NCBI GenBank assembly: GCA_963817915.1 | Contig: CAWFQL010000003.1 | Location: 96,001 to 160,000, forward strand | DNA from: an uncultured candidate division Zixibacteria bacterium | GTDB lineage: Bacteria; Zixibacteria; MSB-5A5; UBA10806 | Direction of reading: 5' to 3' | DNA: 64,000 bases | Shown here: piece after piece, positions 1 to 8,900 of the stretch | How positions within the stretch are numbered: the first letter of the stretch is position 1 | Layout of the letters: each line of letters opens with the position of its first letter | Made by a program: the position numbers and the translations under genes | Notes under the pieces: generated by a model | Databases searched by the model: none | Told to the model about the DNA's origin: nothing | Seen by the model: only the letters and a program-made list of their open reading frames with translations

Positions 1-1850
1 CCTTACGATTGCTATGGATGTCATCAGACTAATTATAATATGGTCCCGGACCCAAACCACGTGCAAAATAATTTTAATCATGACTGTACGCAATGCCATA
101 ATACTTCAGCCTGGACACCGGCATCATATGATCATAGCCAAACAAGATTCCCGTTGACCGGTGCCCATGTTGGACAGACATGTGTTGCCTGTCATGCCAA
201 TGGCTATAATAACACGCCATTTGACTGCTTTAGCTGCCACACAGGTAATTATAATTCGGCTACTGATCCCAACCATGTGACCAATAATTTTGACCATGAC
301 TGTACGCGATGTCATACATACTAGGTCTGGTCGCCTTCGACATTCAGCCATGGCTCGACAAGATTCCCGTTAACCGGCGCGCATGTTCCTCTTCAATGTA
401 TTTCTTGTCACGCCAACGGATATCAGAATACACCGTTGGATTGCTACAGTTGCCATGTGGGCAATTATAATTCGGTTACCGACCCCAACCATGTGACCAA
501 TAATTTCGACCATGATTGTACCCAGTGTCATACGACATCGGTCTGGAATCCATCGACATTTAATCACAGCTCGACCAGGTTCCCCTTAACTGGCGCGCAC
601 AATACGCTGCAATGCATTTCGTGTCATGCCAACGGATACCAGAATACGCCGTTGGATTGTTACAGTTGCCATGTCGGTAATTATAATTCCGTTCCGGATC
701 CTAATCACGTTACCAATAATTTCAGCCATGATTGCACTCAATGCCATACAACTGCGGGCTGGACTCCGGCGAATTACAATCATAGTCAAACGAGATTTCC
801 GTTAACTGGGGCGCATGTAAATCTTGCCTGCGTGGCCTGCCATGCCAATGGCTATCAGAATACGCCGTTCGATTGCTATAGCTGCCATCAGAATAACTAC
901 AATGGCGTCGTCGATCCCAATCACAACACCAATAATTTCAGCCACGACTGCACAGTATGTCACACTACATCCGGATGGACACCTGTATCGTTCAATCACG
1001 GATTGACGCAATTCCCGTTAACCGGGGCGCATGTAAATCTTGCCTGTGTTGCTTGTCACGCCAATGGATACCAAAATACGCCTATGGATTGCTATAGCTG
1101 TCACCAGAGCAATTATAATGGTGTTACGGATCCTAATCATGTCACCAATAATTTCAGCCATGACTGTACTATCTGTCATACGACCACAGCCTGGAATCCT
1201 TCGACATTCAATCACGGGCAAACCCAATTCCCGTTAACCGGCGCGCATGTGAGTCTTGCCTGCATATCCTGTCACGCCAATGGGTACCAAAATACGCCTA
1301 TGGATTGCTATAGCTGTCATCAGGGCAATTATAACGGTGTTACGGATCCTAATCATGTCACCAATAATTTCAGTCACGACTGCACCGTATGTCATACTAC
1401 TTCAGCCTGGACTGCCCGCGACATTTAATCATGGCACGACCAGATTCCCGTTGACCGGTGCGCATGTAAGCCTGGCCTGTATAGCCTGCCATGCCAATGG
1501 CTATCAGAATACGCCTTTCGATTGCTATAGTTGTCATCAAAGCAATTTCAATGGTGTCGTAGATCCAAACCACGTCACCAATAATTTCAGCCATGACTGC
1601 ACCGTATGTCATTCTACTTCGGCTTGGTCGCCGGCGTCATTCAACCATAATCAAACACAGTTCCCATTGACCGGAGCGCATACTACACTGCAATGTGTCG
1701 CCTGCCACGCCAATGGATACCAAAATACCCCGACTGCTTGTGTCAGCTGCCATCAGGCCGATTATAATGGCGCCACAAATCCGAATCATACCGCTCAGGG
1801 ATTTCCCACGCAATGCCAGCAGTGTCATACAACCGCTAATTGGACGCAAT
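1..1850 (+). repeat. Intragenic tandem repeat, 216-bp period, about 8.5 copies in the window
   Basis: Equivalent Cys codons start at 10, 226, 442, 658, 874, 1090, 1306, 1523 and 1739. The period is 216 except one 217 interval that contains the frameshift. Confidence 0.95.
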
Positions 1851-2083
1851 TAACTTATAACCATAATACTCAATATTTCCCAATTACTACCGGAAGGCAT
1901 GCTACCGTTTGGTCAACCTGTGCTACCTGCCATAATATTCCTGGAAATCTTGCGCATTTCGAATGTATCCTCTGCCATGAGCACAACCGCTCTGACACAG
2001 ATTCACAGCATCAGGGTAGGTCGGGTTATCAATATCTAAGCACTGCGTGCTACGCTTGCCATCCCAGAGGCAATGCCGGTTAG
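1..2083 (+). CDS. Giant multiheme c-type cytochrome built from 72-aa three-heme tandem repeats (5' truncated; in-frame TAG at 322-324 and +1 frameshift near 1412, probably sequence errors)
   Basis: Frame +1 is open from base 1 (PYDCYGCH...). It continues in the same frame past TAG 322-324 into ORF 436..1428, then into the frame of ORF 1256..2083. I count 29 CxxCH motifs. The FPLTGAH, DPNH and F/YxH motifs recur in every unit. Confidence 0.93.
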
Positions 2084-2092
2084 GTGTAGTAT

Positions 2093-2896
2093 ATGTCTGG
2101 CATGCGTATAATACTCATTATGGCAATTAGCCTTGCCACGGGAGTTCCCTGCTATTCACAGGAGAATCCTCATCGAGACTCCAAGCTCGATTGCCAGGAA
2201 TGTCATACCGCTTCAAGTTGGACCGATATCAAGTTTGATCATCAGAAGACCGGTTTTGTGCTCGATGGAAATCATTTGGAGGTTCCCTGCGTCTCATGTC
2301 ATTCATTGGTTGATTTCAATATAGTTTCAAAGGAGTGTGTTTTTTGTCATGTTGATATTCATCAGGGGAAATTGGCCCGTACTTGCGAACAGTGCCATTC
2401 GACAAGGGGATGGAATATTTTCAATACAACAAGAGCGCATGCGAATACGACATTCCCTCTGATTGGCGCGCACGCAAAGCTCGATTGCCGTTCCTGCCAT
2501 CTAAGCGAAATTGAAGGAGAGTATTCATTGCTTAAATCGGAATGTATATCTTGCCACGAGGCCGACTTTAATAATGCCCAAAATCCGTCCCATTCGGCAT
2601 TGGGATTCGGGACTCGCTGCAATGATTGCCATACGCTTTTATCCTGGCGCCCCGCCGATTTTTCACAGCATAATTCGTATTTTCCTATATATAGCGGGGC
2701 ACATGCCGGAAAATGGCGGAGTTGTTATGATTGTCATCCGACTCCGGGTGATTACGGAATCAGTACCATGACCTGTTTTTCCTGCCATGTTCATGACCAA
2801 GGGTCGACAGATTCTCGGCACCAAGAGGTCGCAGGATACGTTTATCAAAGCAGCGCCTGCTATAATTGTCATTCAAGCGGAAGCGCTGGAGGCTGA
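2093..2896 (+). CDS. Secreted decaheme c-type cytochrome, paralog of the upstream giant cytochrome
   Basis: N-terminal signal peptide, 10 CxxCH motifs and FDH..TGF.L.G.H / FPLIGAH motifs. Its C-terminal five-heme segment aligns by eye with that of the upstream gene. Confidence 0.93.
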   Translation: MSGMRIILIMAISLATGVPCYSQENPHRDSKLDCQECHTASSWTDIKFDHQKTGFVLDGNHLEVPCVSCHSLVDFNIVSKECVFCHVDIHQGKLARTCEQCHSTRGWNIFNTTRAHANTTFPLIGAHAKLDCRSCHLSEIEGEYSLLKSECISCHEADFNNAQNPSHSALGFGTRCNDCHTLLSWRPADFSQHNSYFPIYSGAHAGKWRSCYDCHPTPGDYGISTMTCFSCHVHDQGSTDSRHQEVAGYVYQSSACYNCHSSGSAGG

Positions 2897-2906
2897 GAGG
2901 TCTAAT

Positions 2907-4517
2907 ATGAAGGGATTATTAGTCAAAATCCTTGCAACGATAATATTCGCGCTTATTTTCCGGGTTGGAGCGTCGGCCGCTATCCATGTCCAATATCTTT
3001 CCCAGGAAGCGGTCTATATCGATGCCGGAATCGAAGACAGCCTTTCAATCGGCGATCAACTCGAGATCAGAAAAGGCGACAGCCTTATTGCTCAATTAGA
3101 AATTATCTTCGCGTCCGAGCATTCGGCTTCCTGCAAGATACTTAATTCGACAGGTACAATCGAAATCGGGGCTACCGTAAATATCACTTCAAGGGCGATC
3201 GTGGCCAAGCCGGCCCCGGCAGATTCTGTTGCGGATACGACTGCGAAAAAACTTGAGCCTGCGCCAATTGCAGTTGCGCCAAAGCCTAAGAAAAATTCTA
3301 CCCATTTCAGCGGGACTATTGCCTTGCAGACTTATAATTGGAACGATATCACTTCATCGAATCTTGATTTCTCCCAGCCGTCGGCGAGAATAAATATTAC
3401 CGCCCTGAAACTCTGGGGCACCGAGCTTTCATTTACGCTAAGATCGACCATCCGCAATGAACGAAGGACCCGCAGCTATAGCAGCTCTGTTCCCAAAAGC
3501 GAATGGCGCAATAGGGTATACCAACTTTCAATAGGGTATTCGGATGACAACGGGCCATTCGGGTTTGAATTCGGCAGAATAATCTCGAATAAAATCAGCG
3601 GTATCGGATATATAGATGGAATCCTTGTCCATCGCAGGGTGAGCAAATTGGTCAATATGGGAGTATTTGTAGGGACTCAACCCCAATGGCAATATTCCGA
3701 TTTTCAAACTTCGATCCAGAAATACGGATTTTATACTAATTACGCGCGAGGCGAATATGCCAAATCTCGTTATGAAGTGACCCTGGCGGCCGCGGGCGAA
3801 TATCATAGCAATATCGTCAGCCGTGAATTCATTTATCTTCAGAATAATCTCATTATTAAGGGCGATTGGAATATTTTTCAGAGCGCGGAATTGGATCTTA
3901 ATCGCGGATGGCGTAAAGAAAAATCGAAAATAGGCACATCTCTAACTAACTTCTACCTTTCCACCAGGAAACGAGTTACTGGCTGGCTTTCGGCGAGCCT
4001 GAGCTTTGATTCCCGTAAAAACTATTGGACCTATGAAATTCGTTCGATGGCCGAGCAGCTTTTCGATAGCAATGTCCGGCGCGGAGGCAGAGCGGATATT
4101 TCGCTGAGACTGCCTGGCAATTTCCAGCTTCTCGCGGGATTTGGCTTGCGGAAACGGGCCACGGAATCGGGCTCTACCTATTCTTATTCTGGGGCATTGA
4201 ATAAATCCAATATCCTCAATTCAAAGCTGGACATAAATATTCAGATGTCGGGATTTACCAACCCGCTTACAAACGGGTATAATGTATCCACGACTCTCGG
4301 TCGCTATTTCGGCAGGGGGAACTACCTGAGTATTGGATACAGCGGATACGTATATTCGATCCAAAATGGCGGTCCAACCCGCAGTAATACCGCATATCAG
4401 CTAAGCTCAATGATAAGCATTATCAGATCCGTATATTTTTCCGGTCAATATGAATACGACACTGGGGATGATACCAAAGGCCATCGAATAGTAGCGGAAC
4501 TCGGTTATCGTTTCTAA
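2907..4517 (+). CDS. Outer-membrane beta-barrel protein (putative porin of a porin-cytochrome conduit) with an N-terminal soluble domain and Pro/Ala/Lys linker
   Basis: ATG 2907 follows GAGAGG. Signal peptide MKGLLVKILATIIFALIFRVGASAA, alternating amphipathic strands, and C-terminal ELGYRF Bam-type signature. Starts 10 bp after the decaheme gene. Confidence 0.8.
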   Translation: MKGLLVKILATIIFALIFRVGASAAIHVQYLSQEAVYIDAGIEDSLSIGDQLEIRKGDSLIAQLEIIFASEHSASCKILNSTGTIEIGATVNITSRAIVAKPAPADSVADTTAKKLEPAPIAVAPKPKKNSTHFSGTIALQTYNWNDITSSNLDFSQPSARINITALKLWGTELSFTLRSTIRNERRTRSYSSSVPKSEWRNRVYQLSIGYSDDNGPFGFEFGRIISNKISGIGYIDGILVHRRVSKLVNMGVFVGTQPQWQYSDFQTSIQKYGFYTNYARGEYAKSRYEVTLAAAGEYHSNIVSREFIYLQNNLIIKGDWNIFQSAELDLNRGWRKEKSKIGTSLTNFYLSTRKRVTGWLSASLSFDSRKNYWTYEIRSMAEQLFDSNVRRGGRADISLRLPGNFQLLAGFGLRKRATESGSTYSYSGALNKSNILNSKLDINIQMSGFTNPLTNGYNVSTTLGRYFGRGNYLSIGYSGYVYSIQNGGPTRSNTAYQLSSMISIIRSVYFSGQYEYDTGDDTKGHRIVAELGYRF

Positions 4518-4565
4518 AGTTGATATTCATAGAGATGTTTAGAATTCAGGATTTTGTGAGGTAAT

Positions 4566-5900
4566 ATGGAATCAGACGCAATCTGGATATTCACGGTAAT
4601 ACTCATAGTAAGTATTTCCGCCCCATATTTTATAAAATTTCGCAAACGCCAGAAAATGGATATCGAACGGCGGAAAGAGGCGGAAATCTTGGGCATCAGC
4701 AAGCCTTCCAGCCAATATCCGATGATCGACTCCACTCTCTGTATTGGCTGCCGCACCTGTGTCGATGCTTGTCCCGAGCATGATGTGCTCGGTATCGTAT
4801 TCGGCAAGGCAATGGTTATAAACGGCCAGCGTTGTGTTGGACATGGCTACTGCGAACTCGTGTGTCCTGTTGGAGCATTGAAAGTGGGACTCGGCGATAT
4901 CAAAACTCGTCCCGATATTCCAGTCGTAGATGACAATAACCAATCCAATATTCCGGGCCTTTTTATCGCCGGTGAATTGGCCGGTCTTTCGTTGATCAGA
5001 AATGCTATAGATCAGGGAAGACGGGTTATAGAAAAAATAGCCGAAAATAATAATCGCTCAGCCAATGAAAATATTTACGATGTCATAATAATTGGAGCTG
5101 GTCCGGCGGGGCTTACTGCCTCACTTAATGCGATCAAAAACAAACTTTCTTACCTTCTAATCGACCAGCAGGCTCCGGGTGGTACGATTCTTCAATATCC
5201 CCGACATAAATTGGTAATGACCCAGCCTGTGGAAATTCCCCTTTATGGCTGGCTCAAGAAAGAAGAGTATGCCAAGGAAGACCTGCTGGATATATGGAAT
5301 AAAATATTGAATGACTTCAAGATCAATGTTCGAGTGGGTGAGAAGATCGAATCTGTCAGAAAAGAAGCGGAAGTATTCAAGGTTAAATCGCTTGCGGCCG
5401 AGTATTCCGCAAATCATGTGGTGTTATCGATGGGTCGCCGGGGCACTCCCCGAAAACTTGGCGTAACCGGTGAAGATCTTCCCAAGACTCTCTATCAGCT
5501 GCTCGACGCGCAATCGTATAATAACAATCATATTCTTGTTGTGGGCGGCGGCGATAGCGCTATCGAAGCGGCAGTTGGTCTTGCGCATCAGACCGGAAAT
5601 AAAATCACGATTTCTTATAGAAAAAGCACATTTGCCCGTGTTAAGAAGAAAAATGAAGATCTTGTCAAAAAAGCTATCGCTGAAAAGAAAGTCAGAGCTA
5701 TTTTCAATTCGGAAGTTCTCGAAATCAGAGATAAGAATGTCAAACTAAAAGTAGGAGAAGACATAGTCGAAATACTCAACGATTTTGTCTTCGTGTTTAT
5801 CGGCGGCGAGCCTCCTATCAAAATGCTTAAGGAGATGGGCATATTATTCGGCGGCGAAGCGCCGGTTATCGAAGTTCCGCCTGTCCCGGCAATGTCTTAA
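4566..5900 (+). CDS. Membrane-anchored ferredoxin fused to an FAD/NAD(P)H oxidoreductase of thioredoxin-reductase fold
   Basis: N-terminal TM helix. Ferredoxin motifs CIGCRTCVDACP and CVGHGYCELVCP. Flavoenzyme motifs IPGLFIAGE, DVIIIGAGPAG, VVGGGDSA and SYRK. Confidence 0.88.
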   Translation: MESDAIWIFTVILIVSISAPYFIKFRKRQKMDIERRKEAEILGISKPSSQYPMIDSTLCIGCRTCVDACPEHDVLGIVFGKAMVINGQRCVGHGYCELVCPVGALKVGLGDIKTRPDIPVVDDNNQSNIPGLFIAGELAGLSLIRNAIDQGRRVIEKIAENNNRSANENIYDVIIIGAGPAGLTASLNAIKNKLSYLLIDQQAPGGTILQYPRHKLVMTQPVEIPLYGWLKKEEYAKEDLLDIWNKILNDFKINVRVGEKIESVRKEAEVFKVKSLAAEYSANHVVLSMGRRGTPRKLGVTGEDLPKTLYQLLDAQSYNNNHILVVGGGDSAIEAAVGLAHQTGNKITISYRKSTFARVKKKNEDLVKKAIAEKKVRAIFNSEVLEIRDKNVKLKVGEDIVEILNDFVFVFIGGEPPIKMLKEMGILFGGEAPVIEVPPVPAMS

Positions 5901-5922
5901 GACAATCCTCAATTTTGCATAT

Positions 5923-5957
5923 AAAAAAGGCGGCACTCAGGCCGCCTTTGAAAAAAA
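5923..5957. terminator. Intrinsic terminator between convergent genes (best for the minus strand)
   Basis: AAAGGCGGC-ACTCAG-GCCGCCTTT hairpin preceded by an A run. Confidence 0.7.
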
Positions 5958-5968
5958 TCTGTCTTCAT

Positions 5969-8900
5969 TTACTTCAACAATAACATCTTGTTGGTTTTGG
6001 TGAAATTAGCGGTTTCGATTTTGTAGAAATAAAGCCCGGTCGCGACTTTTCGGCCCGATTCATCCTTGCCATCCCAAACAACCTGCTTATAGCCGGCAGC
6101 CTGTCTTTGATCCACAAGGTTTTTCACCTTCTGACCCATAATATTGAATACTACAATTCTCACTTCGGAATCGACCGCGAGCCCATAAGAAATCGTGGTT
6201 GAAGGATTGAATGGGTTCGGATAGTTTTGCGATAGGAAGAACTTCTTCGGAGCGGTGATATCATCGTTCAACCCTGTGATTGTCAGCGCCTTTCCAGAGC
6301 CGGCGGTTGATCCGAATGATTCGGCGGTTAGATTTCCTTCGGAGAATAGAGCGCTAACGTAATACCAATAAAGATTAGTATCGGCAAGATCAATATCCGA
6401 ATAGCTCGTTGCCTGAATCGGAGAATCGTTCAGCTTCGAAAAATCACCATTGGGCCAACGGCTTCTGTAAATATTAAATCCGGCGAGATTAGGATTCGTT
6501 AATGTATCCCAGCGAACCTCGATTAAATTAGAAATATTGTTCGATGCTGAAAGACTGGATGGTATCGGGCATCGAGTGAGATGTAATGTCTCCGTCTCGA
6601 TAAGCTGGTTGGCTACCACCTGGATACTTTCCTGATAGGCAGGGTAATATCCAAGGGCTTCGGCGGTGAGGCTTATTGTTCCGGGCGGTACTTCTTTAAT
6701 AAAGAACCTGCCATCGCTGGCTGAAATTCTCCTTTGACCTGTGCTCGCATGAATTTGAGCGTCGCCATTCTGGCCGCTTCCATCAAGATCGACACTTCCC
6801 CTTACTGAGCCGCGTCCGGTACTGGTGGTAATCAGCGTGACTGCGCCGTCAATCAAGGTCGCTCCTCCCGGAGCGTAATAATTGTCGTGCGTAAATTCCA
6901 GCCCGCGTTGTTCATCGTAGCTCTCGAATCCTACGGACGCGTAACCCTCTCCAGAGTCGGTGTTATTAACATCTCTGTAAATAAAAAGGATATCGGAATC
7001 GCCTGTAAGGCTCGGATAATAGGCTGGATCCATAATAACCATCTGGAATGTTTCGTACTGGAAGGTATTCGTATTGGTTAATTTCAACCACTCTATATAA
7101 AATTTATGGTTCACCGAATCATACCATTTGTAAACACCTAAGTGCGTTCCGTCAATTCTGAGATCATCCCAGAACGGCGAAATCTGTCCGCGCGCGTTAC
7201 CCGGGTCAGGAATTGGCCAATTGAAGAAGTTGGCCCAGTAATTTCCCTGCATATCCATTGGAGTAGTATCCAACGCTGCGAAACCATTGATACAAACTAT
7301 CATCGCCCCGTAATCTTGGCCATAATACTTCATGTTGAATGGCAATGTCACGAGAACCGATTTGTCATCCAACTCGGATCCATAATTCAAACGAGTACCC
7401 TGCCCGCCGCTATCCGGGCTGATTTCAACCCATTGATAAGTCGGCATCATTGCGTATGCGCTGTCCATACGATCATACATGTAATAGCCATAGGAATCCG
7501 GCCCAACCGGGTCCCTTGACGAAATTCGTCCAACTGTTAGTGTAAATGGAATCGATGACTTTGAACCCGAAAGGGTTGATATATGAAGAGTCAGATTTAA
7601 TTTTTTGCCCTTAAAGGCAGTCGAATCGCATGTGATACTGACGAGAGAACTGGAATTGTCGCCGGAGCCGCCGATTGAAATATCACCGAAATTGGCAATT
7701 GATCCAACGGCATTCGCATAATCATCATCGGTTGTCACAATACCGGTAACACCCTGGGCATTAAGCGATCCGCTATTGGATAAAAATATCTTGAGATTGG
7801 CTGTTTGACCCGGACCGATAAGGCTGTCACCCTCGGGGATTATAGCTCTGGTGACTGCGAATTTTGGAGCCTTTACCGGGAATTCGATCATAGTTTGCCA
7901 GCTGTCATTATTTTGGTCTCTGATTGTCAATTTCTGCCTGACAGTTTGACCATCGGAAGCGGCGGGATTTACATATACCACAAATGGCGCTTCTGATGCT
8001 CTCGATTCGCCCGGCGCCAGATTGCCGTAATTGCGAATACCGTCATAGACAACAGAATTCCCATCGGTTGATTCCAACTGCGCGGATACATTCGTAGCTG
8101 AAATATCCGTACCGAAATTCTTGATTGAGACATTTAATTCGATTGTCTCGCCAGGCGCGGCTAAATGATCGCCGTCTCCGTGAGAAAAGCCGTCGGTATC
8201 ATCATCGATATAAATGGAGTCCAATCCTACTGCCAGATCGGATGTCGCTATTTCCACATTGGTTTGGTAAGGAATAAGATTTTGTCCGGAAACGGTAAGC
8301 TTCATTGAGCCGGGAGTATTGGCGTCAAATATTAGCGTGACATTTCCCGATTCATCGGTTTTATCGACACTGAATACTTCTTCGGTTGTCCCAATAGTTT
8401 TGATCAATGTCACATATGCGCCTGAAATCGCGTTGCCCGCTGAATCTATCACTGAAGCATTAAAGCTGTTTGTTCCCAGTGCCACAGTATCGAGATGTGT
8501 AACGTTTATGCTTATTGGAATTTTAGTGCGTAATTCAAGTTCAGGATCGCCCAGCATATTATATGTATTGAAATATTGTTGTATCATTCCTCCCGGGGCG
8601 GTCTGTCTTGGGAATGTCCAGTAATCCTGAAGCTTTCCTCTCACTGCCGCGGCGGCAAAATGATAGACATTCTCTTCAAATATCCCGAAGAAATAGCCGA
8701 CCATAATGGGGTTATTCCATCTGGTATGGGTGTCGTGATCGGAAACCCCATAAAACGCCGGTCCGCCTTTCAAGCTATCAGGACTACGTCCCATTCTAAT
8801 CCAGGTCTCGCCAAAACATTCACCGCCGAAATCACCGGTGCCGCAAGTCAATGGAGACAGAACGCCAAGTTTTTGATTGTCCTGTAAATTGAGCAAATCG

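Noticed and set aside
322..324. In-frame TAG in the giant cytochrome as pyrrolysine or stop-codon recoding
   Set aside because: The local sequence ACA TAC TAG GTC versus ACG ACA TCG GTC in the next repeat is explained by compensating indels. TAG is a normal stop elsewhere (2081-2083, 46837-46839), and the window is error-rich.
124..1849. Series of similar 65-75 aa minus-strand ORFs
   Set aside because: They are antisense shadows of the 216-bp coding repeat.
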